Below are positions 18,234-28,608 of a DNA stretch of 54,992 nt, in pieces. The position numbers and the translations under genes are program-made. The notes below the pieces were generated by a model that was not told where the DNA came from, did not search any database, and saw only the letters and a list, made by a program, of their open reading frames with translations. This DNA comes from Bacteroidales bacterium UBA1757 (GTDB lineage: Bacteria > Bacteroidota > Bacteroidia > Bacteroidales > UBA1402). The stretch is from assembly GCA_002315625.1 (NCBI GenBank), contig DCHH01000039.1, positions 2,651 to 57,642 of the forward strand. The letters run 5' to 3'. Numbering within the stretch: position 1 is the stretch's first letter; each line of letters begins with the position of its first letter.

Positions 18234-20522
18234 TTAGTTTACGATTGTAAGAATCCGTTCCAGACGGTTTCCTTGGCTATCGACTATGGTTAGGCGGTGC
18301 TGTCCGGGGGACGGACTGACGGCCATCTGATGGATTGACGTGGTGCTCCCGAGATAGTTGTCGTCAAGATGCCAGTAGATGGTGGTGTTCATATTACGGT
18401 GAGCGGCGGCAATTACGATGGCACTCGTCTCGCCGTTCAGGTCGCGGGGAAGATAAAGATGGCGGAAGTCTTTCGGATAGAGGATTTCCATGACCGTATA
18501 GCTGTCGCTTGTACAGCCGGGCAAAAAGGGCGGAAGGACACGGTATTCGGGATGGTGCCGGCGGTAGTACCACTCGGCCCCAGGGGGGAGGACAAAGCAG
18601 GAATCGTGAACCATCTGCTCAACAGGATAGCAGGCCGAGGTGACCTGATAGAGGCGGTCTGAGGAAAGGTGGACAATCTGGTGGCACGGGCAGACCGGGG
18701 CTTTTGCGCAACTTGCCGGAACCGCCTGATGAATGGTGTGCGGACAGTTGGGGGATGCCTTGTAACCGCTTTCCATACAGATGTTTTCGTAAGTGATTCC
18801 ATCTTCCGGCCGCTCAAACCATTTTCCGTCACTCGGCAGCAGGTCGAAAAGGTCGAAGAGCAGCGGTGCGGCTGATGCCGTCCCAGTCAGGCCGGGCCGT
18901 CCTTCTCCGTTTGAATTTCCAGCCCAGACGGCAACCACATACTTTGGGGTGATACCTACTGCCCAGGCATCGCGCTGGCCGAAGCTGGTTCCGGTCTTCC
19001 ATGCAATACGTCTTGAGGATGCGTAGTACTGCCAGCCGGTGCGCTCTTCGGGGCGGTTGACTTTTTGCAGAGCCTCGAAGGTGAACCAGCAGGCGGCCCG
19101 CGAAAAGGGAGTCGCCTTCTTGTCAGAATCGGCTTCCGGTACTGTCAGACTGCGGGCCATGTCTGCGTATGCCTGGCCAAGTTCGTCAAGACATACCTCG
19201 CCTCCACCCAGGATGAGCGACAGCCCGTAGTGCTCGGACGACTTGGTGAAGGTGGTAAATCCTATTCTATGGAGCTTTTCGAGGAAACGGGCCGGTGTAT
19301 AGTCCTGAAGCATCTCCACAGCAGGTACGTTCAGGGAACGGTAGAGTGCCTCGTCGGCCGGAAGTGCTCCCCGGTAATCGAGGTCGAAATTCTTGGGGCT
19401 ATAGCCCGAAATGTTCATCGGAATGTCGGCAACGAGCTGTTTTGGCATCATCTCGCCGTCGTCAAGCATTGCTGCATAGAGAAACGGCTTGAGGATGCTG
19501 CCGCTGCTACGTGGGGAGGTGATGATATCGACGTAGTCGTCAGGGGTATTGCCAATGTAGAGGAGGGGCTCTCCGCTTTTCACATCAAGAATCAGTGCCG
19601 CAAGATTGTTTATGCCTTGTTCCGTCAGCCGCTGCTGATGCCCCTTGGCAACAGCAATGCCCCGTTCCTGCAGGTCGTAGGAAATGGAGGTCTTACAGTA
19701 TTCTCCCCTCTGAGTGCTCTGGTATCGTTCTACAAGATGTGGAGCGAGGTCAGGGAGGGGCTGAGGGCGGTCGGGCAGGGGCTCTTGGAGTGAAAGCTGA
19801 AGGGTGGCCTGGTCAATGCAGCCTTTATCGAAAAGCTTTTGCAGCAGCTTGTTGCGCTTCTCGCAAAGAGCCTGCGCATTGCGGCCGGGATAGAGCTGTG
19901 AGGGGGCATTCGGAAGTATGGCCAGTGTTGCTGCCTCTGCCCATGAAAGTTCATCGACATCCCGCTGGAAATAGCGCCACGATGCAGCCTGGAGTCCTAC
20001 CACGTTTCCGCCGAAAGGGGCATTTGCCGCATACATGACTAAGATTTCATCCTTGCTCTTGCAGATTTCCAGTTTGACGGCCATCAGGGCTTCCACGAAT
20101 TTGCCCCATACTGTACGGTGAGGATTGGCACGGTACATACGTGCCACCTGCATTGTCAGTGTGCTCCCGCCGCTCACAATCCGCCCCTCAGTGATGTCCC
20201 ACCAGGCTGCGCGGCAAATTGAAACGGGATTGATGCCGGGATGATAGAAGAACCACTGGTCTTCGTATGCGAGAAGGGCCTTTTGGTAGTTATCGGGTAG
20301 TCGGGGATGCCTCTCTTCAGTGGTTGGCTGGGGAAAGCGCCACTGCCCGTCCTTGGCAATACGGGCACCGAGAAGCCGTCCGTCCTTAGCGACCACCACT
20401 GTACTTTCCGGCTGGTCAAACTGTGGGCAAGGTACGAATAGGAACAAAGCAAAAAGGACTGCGAGAATGCCTCCCGCAGTCCTTAGATATTTGTGGGGAT
20501 GTCTTTTTCTGTCGGTTTCCAA
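18234..20522 (-). CDS. pbpC: Penicillin-binding protein 1C
   Basis: 762 aa with an N-terminal TM anchor. Glycosyltransferase motifs EDQWFFYHPG and GGSTLTMQ. Transpeptidase-like SILK, SLN and KTGTS, plus a C-terminal PBP1C-type domain. Adjacent to an alpha-2-macroglobulin gene. Confidence 0.9.
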   Translation of the reverse strand: METDRKRHPHKYLRTAGGILAVLFALFLFVPCPQFDQPESTVVVAKDGRLLGARIAKDGQWRFPQPTTEERHPRLPDNYQKALLAYEDQWFFYHPGINPVSICRAAWWDITEGRIVSGGSTLTMQVARMYRANPHRTVWGKFVEALMAVKLEICKSKDEILVMYAANAPFGGNVVGLQAASWRYFQRDVDELSWAEAATLAILPNAPSQLYPGRNAQALCEKRNKLLQKLFDKGCIDQATLQLSLQEPLPDRPQPLPDLAPHLVERYQSTQRGEYCKTSISYDLQERGIAVAKGHQQRLTEQGINNLAALILDVKSGEPLLYIGNTPDDYVDIITSPRSSGSILKPFLYAAMLDDGEMMPKQLVADIPMNISGYSPKNFDLDYRGALPADEALYRSLNVPAVEMLQDYTPARFLEKLHRIGFTTFTKSSEHYGLSLILGGGEVCLDELGQAYADMARSLTVPEADSDKKATPFSRAACWFTFEALQKVNRPEERTGWQYYASSRRIAWKTGTSFGQRDAWAVGITPKYVVAVWAGNSNGEGRPGLTGTASAAPLLFDLFDLLPSDGKWFERPEDGITYENICMESGYKASPNCPHTIHQAVPASCAKAPVCPCHQIVHLSSDRLYQVTSACYPVEQMVHDSCFVLPPGAEWYYRRHHPEYRVLPPFLPGCTSDSYTVMEILYPKDFRHLYLPRDLNGETSAIVIAAAHRNMNTTIYWHLDDNYLGSTTSIHQMAVSPSPGQHRLTIVDSQGNRLERILTIVN

Positions 20523-20545
20523 GTCTTGTATCAGTAGGCGGAAAT

Positions 20546-23500
20546 CTATTTGCGGACGGAAATCGTGCGACCTGCAGTCTTGGCAAAATAACGGCTCCGG
20601 TCGTACATGGCTTCACAGGTGGTCGGAGGCAGGATGAAACTCCCTTGCCACGAGGCGTTCAGGCGGACTGTGAAGTGTCTGGAGGCACCACTGCCCAATG
20701 AGAAACAGGTCATGACGCGGTCGTCGCGGATATCCTGGAAGTCAAAGTCTTCCGTCATGTCGGAAGCTTCGCCTGCGAGGCGTTCGTTAACGATTTCCCA
20801 CCCGTTGGCAAAGGGTTGGGTCAGGACCAGGTTGGACACGGGAAGGGAAGATGTGTTCGTCACCTCTACCTCGGCGGTGAAATTCGTCCCCTGCGGCAGT
20901 GATGTTACATCTATCGGGTTACCGTTCAAGTTGCGGTAGGAGACTTTGATAGCCAGTCCGTTGGAGAGTGCCTCTGTGTCGGTACCGGTCGGGATTCCCT
21001 GATTGGTGATGACTGCAAACAAAGAGCCTGAACCGGAGTTCTGCAATTCGAATGACGTCTTGTTATCCTTGAAAGGCAAATCGTTACTGAAATAAGTAAT
21101 GTTGCCTGAAGTCCCTTTGACGCGTGAACCATTGACTGACAGGTTGAAATCGAGATTCTTGCCGGCTGCTGAGGCAATTGCAAACTGCTCGATGGCGAGA
21201 AGTGCGTATGCGGTGGCCTGAGTGCTTTGCCATGAGTCGCCAGACAGTTCAGTGGCTATCTCAGTGGCAAGTGGCATGGCCGTCTCAAAAGCCTTTGAGG
21301 CTGTCAGGTACTGGAGAATAAGGCTGCGGTCGCGCAAGTCGGAACCGAAGGGATGGCTGTCAGAAGCGTCCGGCTTGACATTTCTAAGGTCAACCAGAGC
21401 ATCGGCTGCCTGCTGCTGTCCGGCAATCAGGTATGCGTTGGCAAGCAGATAGCGGGACTGGTTGCTTAAATTCTCATTGGTACGCAGACGGTTCATGGCA
21501 CCGATTTGAGTCTTGTCGGCGTTGGCAAGAACCCACAGGCGGTATGCCTGTATGAAACTGTCGCTCTCACGGTTACTGCTGCGGTAACCTTTTGCCTGCT
21601 GGATGAGGTACGACAGACTCTGTTGCATGAGTGTCGCCGGGACATCGTAACCTGCACGGGAGGCTTCAGTCAGGAAGTAGGTCACATAGCACGAGGTCCA
21701 GTCGTCCGTGAAGGCTGCTCCGGGCCAGGTGGAAAAACCGCCCGAAGAGGTCTGGAAACGTGGCAGTTTCGAAATGCAGGCTGCCACCTTGCCGTTCATG
21801 GCAGAAACCTCTTCCTTGCTAAGATCCAATAACTTGGGCAAGTAGAGCTGTGGAAATACCGCAGAAACTGACTGCTCGGCACAGCCGTGGGGGTAATTGG
21901 TGAGGTAGCTCAACCGGCTTCCCAATGAGAGTGGCGGAAGTGTGGATAATTCGAGGGTGGCGCGGTTGGACTGGCCGATTCCTTCGGTCTCTTTGCTCCA
22001 TTTTTCTCCGGCCTTGAGAATGTGAATCTGGCTTTTTGTGGTGACAGGATTAGGGTTGTGCACGACAATTGCCATTTCACACTTTGAGGTTTCCGAACCG
22101 GATGTGGCAGTGATGCGTACATTGGACATCCCTTCGCCAGTGGTGCGGATAGCAAATGTAAAGTCTTGTGTCTCAGAAGAAACGATAGTGTCTTTTGCAA
22201 AGCACGGGGTCAAAGCGCCGTCGGTTTCCACACGTACCCGTATATCCTTGAGACTCTTGTCGGTGGTAAATACCGATACGGGCATATTCACCTGCTCGTC
22301 AGGTGCAAGGAAAGCCGGGAGGCTGGCCTGAACCATAAGGGGCTGGCGCACGGCAATATCCTGACTGGTACTGCCATACTGCCCTTCCGATGCGGCCACT
22401 ACCATGGCACGGACGCTCCCAAGGTAAGGCTCCAGCTCGATGGAGTGGCTGGCTTTCTTGCCTGCGTTCAGATGGAACGGTCCGAGAACCTTCACGATTG
22501 GAGTAAAACGTTCGTCACGCTTCTTGGAAATATCGACCATTTCGTCTGAACCGCCTATGGTCATCATGCTTTCCAAGCGGCTGCCGAATGCTCCGATTAC
22601 ATTATTATATAGGTCGAAGGTCTGGGTCGAAAGGGCTTCGCGGGCGAAGAAACTGCCCCACGGGTCGGGTGTCCTGAAATTCGTAAGGTCAAGCAGACCT
22701 TCATCGACAATGGCAATGGTATAGTCCATAGCCCTTCCTTCCGCCTCTTTCACCTTGATTGTAAAGGGCTGGGCGGGACGCACCTCCTTGTCGGCTGTAA
22801 GGACTGGAAGAAGCTTCGAGGCCGGGTCTTCCACTATGACGGGCATCACGCCGAACAGTCTGATAGGCAGGTCGTTGGCGGTCTGGGCATGAGGCTGGAG
22901 CAAGTGGACGCTTACATAGACGTTCGGGGTCATTTCTGCCGTTGCGATAAATGAATAGTCAAAGGTGTTGCCAGTCGGGCTGACCACCTGTTCCGAGATG
23001 ATGCCATGGCTTCCTTCCACCGTTACTATGGCTTTGGACATCGGGGTTGAAGGAAATGAGATTTGCACGGTTTCCCCGGTCTTGTAGCTCCCTTTGTCGC
23101 TTTTGAGGGCCAGAACCTGGGCATCTCCCTGCGGGCGGGCGCCCCAGCTGTTGCCGAAGTAGATAACCTGTCCGGCCGTATAGCCGTCCGGGAGGGCTAC
23201 GGTAAGGAGATAACTGCCGTAACGCTCGTCGTCTTTGGGAAGGCTGACGGAGGCTTTGCCGTTCTTGGTGTTGACAGTCCGTGTCATGACCGGACTGTGG
23301 TATGTCTCACCCACATATGAGGCGAGGTTTTCGTCATTTCCCTGATACCACCACCGGTACTCAAGGTCGTAGAGTTTTACGGTGACATCCCTCATTGGGA
23401 CGCTGTGCCCCTTTTCGTCCACGGTGACAATCTGAACCTCGTGGTCGCGGTCGTTGTCGAGCTTCTGCCAGGAGGGTTCGTCGTAGTTGATACGGATTCC

Positions 23501-25516
23501 AGCGTAATGGCGGTATGGAGATACGGCCTGAGAGGTGTATCGGATGCTTGAACCTCCTCCTCCTTCTGCTACCTGGGAGGTGAAGTCGGCCCGCAGCATA
23601 CCCGGGACGAACGATTCGGTATTGAAACGGAAGTTGAAGCTGGCCTTTCCGTTGGCATCGAGCTGACCGTCGAAGGCTACCTCTGTGCTACCATACCAGA
23701 CGTGTGAGGGGGCTGAGAAGCTGTACTCCTTGAATCCCTTGAAAACAGGGGTGAAGGGCTTGAAGGTGACATCGACTGTGGCATTCTGTCCGTTGGCTGC
23801 CGCACCGGTCAGCCAGTTGGCAGACAGTGTGACATTGTATTGCTTTCCTGCCGACAACATAGTGTCTGGGAATGCAAGGTCGATTTTCAGCCGGTTGGGT
23901 CTGACAGATTCGACCTGAAGGGTCTTGCGGAACTCGATGTTTCCGGCTTTTGCTATGGCCAGCCAGTTGCCAGTTGCATCATCGCTGCAGGTGGCAAAAT
24001 GGAAAGGATAAATTGCTCCGTTTCCGACTTTTTGAACCATACGTTGAACCATCTGCCCTTTTGCATTGTAAATATCCACATTGATGGGATAGCCTTGGGG
24101 AAGGGTCTTGTCGCGGTCCTGTAGGATGAAGTTCAGATAGATGCTTTCACCGGGACGCCATACGCCGCGGTCGGCATAAAGGAAGCCCTTGATACCCTTC
24201 TGGACCTTCTTGCCGCCGGTGTCGAAGTTGGCGGAAGGAAGCTGGGAACCGTTGCCAAGGCGAAGGTAGCCCACCTGTTCCCCCTTTCTGACAAGGATTG
24301 AGTGGATTTCACCCTCTGCTGAACAGACAAAACTTCCGTCGCTTCGGGTCTTGCCGTGTCCGACCTCCTGCATCTGGTAGTCGTAGAGCGATACCTGAGC
24401 TGCGTCCACGGCGTTGGCCGTTGAGAGGTTTGTGACGAACACGTGAGTCTTGCCCACGGCATCCTTCTTTGCCATCAGACCCAGGTCGCTGCTAAGTACA
24501 TTGCGGCGGACAAAACGGGTATATGGATTATAGTATGAGGCGTGGGAGGGGTTGTCCATCTGATTCCAGTTGAAGCAGTAGTCGTAGTAGGCATTCTGAT
24601 AGCTGTATTCCGGATGGGTGGCCTCCTCTTCGATTGGAAGCAGATATTTGTCGCCATCGTGGTTCTCGGCACTCTGGCGACGCTCTTTGCGCGACAGCCC
24701 TTCTCCTGCTTCAAAGTTGTCGTTGTTGTAGTGCAGGGTATAAGCCTTGCGTATGCCGATTTCGACACTGTAGAGGGTACCGGCCTTGAAATCAATAAGT
24801 TTAGACAGGTCAATCTTGAATATGTTCCACTGGTCAAGGTCGGCTGCTCCTTTGTCCGTCAGGTCAATCTTCCTGCTGCAGACGGTTCGCCCCATCCGTT
24901 TCAGGGTCCAGGTACTCTTCTCGTCGAGGTCGTTGTCCTGAAGGAAAAAACGCATGTTGTCGGCAAAAACCTCCATGATACGGACATCGACGGCATTCAG
25001 TCCAACAGCCCTGAAGGGGAAATAGACAGCTTCACCCATTGGGGCAATGACCCCCTTGCCGACAAGTTCTACAGAGGGTGCCATCCGGCCGAAAGAGAGG
25101 TCGTAAAGGTAGTCTTTCGTCGTTTTCTGACCGTTGTCGCTTTCAATACCGGCATGGACGGTCAGGCGGAAAAGGCCGGATTCATCAGCATCCCCGTTGA
25201 CAGGATAGAGGGTGACGCAGTTGGCGTCAACAGATGTCTTTACTTCAAAACAGTTGCAGGAAAAGAGTCCACGAAGGTCCTGAGAAGGCTCAAGATTATC
25301 GGAAAAAGTGACAACGATGCACTTGTCAGGCTCGCTCATGGTGCGTACATCCTCAATCCCGAACTTTTCCGGCTCGCCGGGCAGTGACTGGGCAGTCTGA
25401 GTGTATGATTCTGAATTGACAGCGCTGTTGTTTGACGATGTATTGGTCTTTCCGTTACAGCCGCTTATCAATAAAGTGCTGACAATTAGAATTGTAGTTA
25501 AAAGGATGTGTTTCAT
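20546..25516 (-). CDS. Bacterial alpha-2-macroglobulin family lipoprotein (YfhM type)
   Basis: 1656 aa with lipobox LLISGCNG. Intact thioester motif GCAEQ encoded at 21872-21886. Classic pairing with pbpC, 23 nt downstream. Confidence 0.9.
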   Translation of the reverse strand: MKHILLTTILIVSTLLISGCNGKTNTSSNNSAVNSESYTQTAQSLPGEPEKFGIEDVRTMSEPDKCIVVTFSDNLEPSQDLRGLFSCNCFEVKTSVDANCVTLYPVNGDADESGLFRLTVHAGIESDNGQKTTKDYLYDLSFGRMAPSVELVGKGVIAPMGEAVYFPFRAVGLNAVDVRIMEVFADNMRFFLQDNDLDEKSTWTLKRMGRTVCSRKIDLTDKGAADLDQWNIFKIDLSKLIDFKAGTLYSVEIGIRKAYTLHYNNDNFEAGEGLSRKERRQSAENHDGDKYLLPIEEEATHPEYSYQNAYYDYCFNWNQMDNPSHASYYNPYTRFVRRNVLSSDLGLMAKKDAVGKTHVFVTNLSTANAVDAAQVSLYDYQMQEVGHGKTRSDGSFVCSAEGEIHSILVRKGEQVGYLRLGNGSQLPSANFDTGGKKVQKGIKGFLYADRGVWRPGESIYLNFILQDRDKTLPQGYPINVDIYNAKGQMVQRMVQKVGNGAIYPFHFATCSDDATGNWLAIAKAGNIEFRKTLQVESVRPNRLKIDLAFPDTMLSAGKQYNVTLSANWLTGAAANGQNATVDVTFKPFTPVFKGFKEYSFSAPSHVWYGSTEVAFDGQLDANGKASFNFRFNTESFVPGMLRADFTSQVAEGGGGSSIRYTSQAVSPYRHYAGIRINYDEPSWQKLDNDRDHEVQIVTVDEKGHSVPMRDVTVKLYDLEYRWWYQGNDENLASYVGETYHSPVMTRTVNTKNGKASVSLPKDDERYGSYLLTVALPDGYTAGQVIYFGNSWGARPQGDAQVLALKSDKGSYKTGETVQISFPSTPMSKAIVTVEGSHGIISEQVVSPTGNTFDYSFIATAEMTPNVYVSVHLLQPHAQTANDLPIRLFGVMPVIVEDPASKLLPVLTADKEVRPAQPFTIKVKEAEGRAMDYTIAIVDEGLLDLTNFRTPDPWGSFFAREALSTQTFDLYNNVIGAFGSRLESMMTIGGSDEMVDISKKRDERFTPIVKVLGPFHLNAGKKASHSIELEPYLGSVRAMVVAASEGQYGSTSQDIAVRQPLMVQASLPAFLAPDEQVNMPVSVFTTDKSLKDIRVRVETDGALTPCFAKDTIVSSETQDFTFAIRTTGEGMSNVRITATSGSETSKCEMAIVVHNPNPVTTKSQIHILKAGEKWSKETEGIGQSNRATLELSTLPPLSLGSRLSYLTNYPHGCAEQSVSAVFPQLYLPKLLDLSKEEVSAMNGKVAACISKLPRFQTSSGGFSTWPGAAFTDDWTSCYVTYFLTEASRAGYDVPATLMQQSLSYLIQQAKGYRSSNRESDSFIQAYRLWVLANADKTQIGAMNRLRTNENLSNQSRYLLANAYLIAGQQQAADALVDLRNVKPDASDSHPFGSDLRDRSLILQYLTASKAFETAMPLATEIATELSGDSWQSTQATAYALLAIEQFAIASAAGKNLDFNLSVNGSRVKGTSGNITYFSNDLPFKDNKTSFELQNSGSGSLFAVITNQGIPTGTDTEALSNGLAIKVSYRNLNGNPIDVTSLPQGTNFTAEVEVTNTSSLPVSNLVLTQPFANGWEIVNERLAGEASDMTEDFDFQDIRDDRVMTCFSLGSGASRHFTVRLNASWQGSFILPPTTCEAMYDRSRYFAKTAGRTISVRK

Positions 25517-25527
25517 GGCTGTATTTG

Positions 25528-28500
25528 TCAGTTCCTGGATGCGGCACGGGTGTAGAATTCGGTTTCAATAATGCGAAGTTCCCCTTTGGGGTTCTCGGAA
25601 CCTTCAGGGGCCTTGAACAGGTCAAGTTCGACATTGCCGTTTATCTCGACAAGTGAGGAGAAGGCATCGCTCTGCTCATTCTCCGATATTGCTTCAATTC
25701 GGATGCGTTCCAGGGCATCGGTATCGGCAAATGGAAGGGTTATATAGCCTAAGCTTTTCGGAGTCATACCCTGCCATAGCGGAATCGTGTGCTCCTGCCC
25801 GGCTTCGTCTTTGTAGTAGCCGGTGACGCGCAGGTTGTAGGAGCGTGTGCGCCAGCCGGTCAGCTTCAGGCAACACTCGTTGACGACGGCCTTTCTTGCC
25901 AGGGTAAATTCAATCCAGGCAGTGTTGAGTTTGCCGTCGTTGCGCCACTCGGAGAGTTCATTGTCGTCGAAACTTCCCTTGACCATTTGCGGGTTGCAGC
26001 CGGCTACGGCGGAACGGATTGTGATGGGAATACGGGATACCTTATACGATGCGTATGACGGGGTGCTTCCGCGCCACAGATACGGAATCAGGTCGTCTTT
26101 CGGGAGCCAGGTGGCCAGACCGTCCTTAACTTCGACCGCCTTTGACGAGAACCGGAGTGTGTCGGGACGAAGTCCGTCGGCTGAGGCTGAAATGACGATT
26201 CCGCCGGCGGTGCGTGTAGAGCGTACGATGACACGGTTTACACCGCACTCCACGGGAAGGTCCTTTGAAAGTATGTAATTGTCAGGGCCTTGGGCAATTC
26301 CGCCACGCCAGTCGGCCGGACCCTCGGTCTTGAAATGAATCATGTTGTTTGCCAGTGGGCAACGCTGTCCCTTCTTATCGACAACTTCAACATCGACCAG
26401 TACCATGTCGGCTCCGTCAGCATGGAATCCTGTAGGTGACTCGTTTAGATTGAGGCGGATAGCTGCGGGTTCTCCGGCTGAGTATATTTCAGCCTGTTCG
26501 CCGACCTCCTTGCCTGAGGCATCGTAGGCAATTGCCGTCAGTTTCCCCTGATGGTAGTGAACATCCTTAAATGTGAACAGGAACTGGTAGGTGCGCTCGC
26601 CGTAGCCCTGAGAGATACCGTTGACGAAAAGTTCCACCTTTTCAGCGTTGGAGACGACATAGACATCCTTGACGGTACGGTCGGGGTAGTTCCAGTGACC
26701 GACAATGTGGGTCTTGTAGTATTTCGACTCAATATCGACCCAGCCGCCCCACATAACCTGATGGGCGTAGTAGGCATCCTTGGGCAGGCGCATGGCATCC
26801 ACCTCGCCGCTGCGACGGTAGTTCTCTTCGCCGCGGAAGTGGGTGTTGGTATCAGAGAAGACGATATTGGCACCGCCGCTGCTCACCCTTTTTCCCGTGC
26901 CTGGACGGCATTCCCAATAGTCATACCAGCGGCGGATGGTCTCCAGCACGTACTGGTCGTTGTTCATATTGTATTCGGAGGCATCGGCGTTGCGGTAGAG
27001 CGGGCCGGCCCCGTTCTTGTGGAACGGATAGGAATAATCGTCCCAGTATTTGCGGAGGGCTTCGTTGCGGTTGTATTCGGTGGCAAACATGGGCTTTCCG
27101 GCGCTTTTATTGATGTAGAGCATCTCGCCGCCGTACTCGGCAATCTTGCTGTCGAGCATCTCGCGGCTTCCGATAGCCCTTCCGCCGTGTGGGTCGTACA
27201 TGTCGCGGATTGCCTTCATCTCGGCCATGTGTTCTTCGCTTATCGACTCATTTCCACACTCATAGAAGATAATGGAGGGGTTGTTGCGGTTGTAGATTAT
27301 GGCATCGCGCATCAGTTCCAGACGCTGCTGCCAGCGCCTTCCGGTTATATCTTTTTCGGCATCTCCGGCGGGCATTACTTGGATGAGGCCTACCCGGTCG
27401 CACGATTCCACATCCTGTTTCCAGGGGGTTACATGCATCCAGCGGACAAAGTTGCCGTTACCTCTTTCAATCATGCCGTTGCTGAAGTCACTTACCCACG
27501 GGGCAACGCTCATGCCGACACCAGGCCATTCGTTGGAGGTGCGCTGGGCATAGCCTTTCAGTTGCAACACCCTGTCATTCAGATAGAACATGCCGTTCTT
27601 GAAGTCGGTCTTGCGGATACCGGTCGCCGTCTTCACCCGGTCCATAGTCGTCTTGCCGGCAACCAAGGTAGTGGTGACGTGATAGCGGTAGCCGTAGCCC
27701 CAGCTCCAGAATTTCAGCTTGCTGAGTTGTGAAGCTGCTGTTACGATTGTTGTTGCACCGTCTGCCAAAGTGACATTATCGCTCTGGAACTCGCGGATTA
27801 TGTTCTGGTCATTGTCGCGCACGACACAGTTCATGTAGAAGGTCTGCTCTTTGCCCGTTTCGTTACGGACTTCGGATTCAATGTGAATCACGCCAGTCTT
27901 CTCGCGGATATCGATATGGTCTGTGTAAATGTACGTGCCAGTTGTTCCCAGATTGCTGTATAAGGGGAGCGTCTGGTATAACTTGTTGGTACAGTGCAGT
28001 ATTACGTTCTTTGGCAGACCGCCGTAATTGGCGTTGAAGCTGCGGTGGTTCCACTGGAAGGGGCTGTTGCGCTCTTCCTCGGGGAGGCTGTCGCCGCGCT
28101 CGTGGTAGTTCCAGCTGTTGTCGGTGCGGACGGCGATTACGTTATCTTTGCCGAAGTCGATTTCATCGGTCAGGTCGAAGCCGAAAGCCATTACACCATT
28201 CTCGGACATCCCCTTACGCTTGCCGTTTATCCAGACCACAGCCCCCTGACGGGCACCTTCGAATTCGATGAACACTTTCTGTCCCTTATTCTCGGCCGGA
28301 ATCTTGAAGTGCTTGCGATACCATACTACTGAGTCGCTGAGTTTGTCTATGGAGACTTTGAAGGCTTCGTCCTCGTTCCAGGCTGCAGGGAGGTTTACTG
28401 CATGCCAGTTACGGTCGTCAAACCGGGGGGTGGCGGCCGTCGGAGTGGCATTACCGGCTTTGTCTGAGACCGTTTCGGTTATGTCGCCGATGTGCAGCAG

Positions 28501-28608
28501 CCAGTCAGGGTTGAAGTTGTACTTTGTGCGCATACCTGCGGCCTGAGCCTGCGAAAGACAGAAAACCGTGATGGCCAGAAACAGGCAGATTCTTGAGAAT
28601 TTGTTCAT
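25528..28608 (-). CDS. Glycoside hydrolase family 2-like enzyme with C-terminal discoidin-like domain
   Basis: 1026 aa with signal peptide ...SQAQAAG. Sugar-binding N-domain, TIM-barrel motifs YECGNES (acid/base) and FATEY (nucleophile region), and a C-terminal NELSEW...WIEF jelly-roll. Paralogue of 49753-52755. Confidence 0.8.
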   Translation of the reverse strand: MNKFSRICLFLAITVFCLSQAQAAGMRTKYNFNPDWLLHIGDITETVSDKAGNATPTAATPRFDDRNWHAVNLPAAWNEDEAFKVSIDKLSDSVVWYRKHFKIPAENKGQKVFIEFEGARQGAVVWINGKRKGMSENGVMAFGFDLTDEIDFGKDNVIAVRTDNSWNYHERGDSLPEEERNSPFQWNHRSFNANYGGLPKNVILHCTNKLYQTLPLYSNLGTTGTYIYTDHIDIREKTGVIHIESEVRNETGKEQTFYMNCVVRDNDQNIIREFQSDNVTLADGATTIVTAASQLSKLKFWSWGYGYRYHVTTTLVAGKTTMDRVKTATGIRKTDFKNGMFYLNDRVLQLKGYAQRTSNEWPGVGMSVAPWVSDFSNGMIERGNGNFVRWMHVTPWKQDVESCDRVGLIQVMPAGDAEKDITGRRWQQRLELMRDAIIYNRNNPSIIFYECGNESISEEHMAEMKAIRDMYDPHGGRAIGSREMLDSKIAEYGGEMLYINKSAGKPMFATEYNRNEALRKYWDDYSYPFHKNGAGPLYRNADASEYNMNNDQYVLETIRRWYDYWECRPGTGKRVSSGGANIVFSDTNTHFRGEENYRRSGEVDAMRLPKDAYYAHQVMWGGWVDIESKYYKTHIVGHWNYPDRTVKDVYVVSNAEKVELFVNGISQGYGERTYQFLFTFKDVHYHQGKLTAIAYDASGKEVGEQAEIYSAGEPAAIRLNLNESPTGFHADGADMVLVDVEVVDKKGQRCPLANNMIHFKTEGPADWRGGIAQGPDNYILSKDLPVECGVNRVIVRSTRTAGGIVISASADGLRPDTLRFSSKAVEVKDGLATWLPKDDLIPYLWRGSTPSYASYKVSRIPITIRSAVAGCNPQMVKGSFDDNELSEWRNDGKLNTAWIEFTLARKAVVNECCLKLTGWRTRSYNLRVTGYYKDEAGQEHTIPLWQGMTPKSLGYITLPFADTDALERIRIEAISENEQSDAFSSLVEINGNVELDLFKAPEGSENPKGELRIIETEFYTRAASRN

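Noticed and set aside
25528-28608. The two about 3-kb similar GH2-like segments as copies of a mobile element.
   Set aside because: Similarity is confined to the coding sequence and is clearly diverged at the DNA level. There are no terminal repeats or transposase, and the flanks are unrelated.
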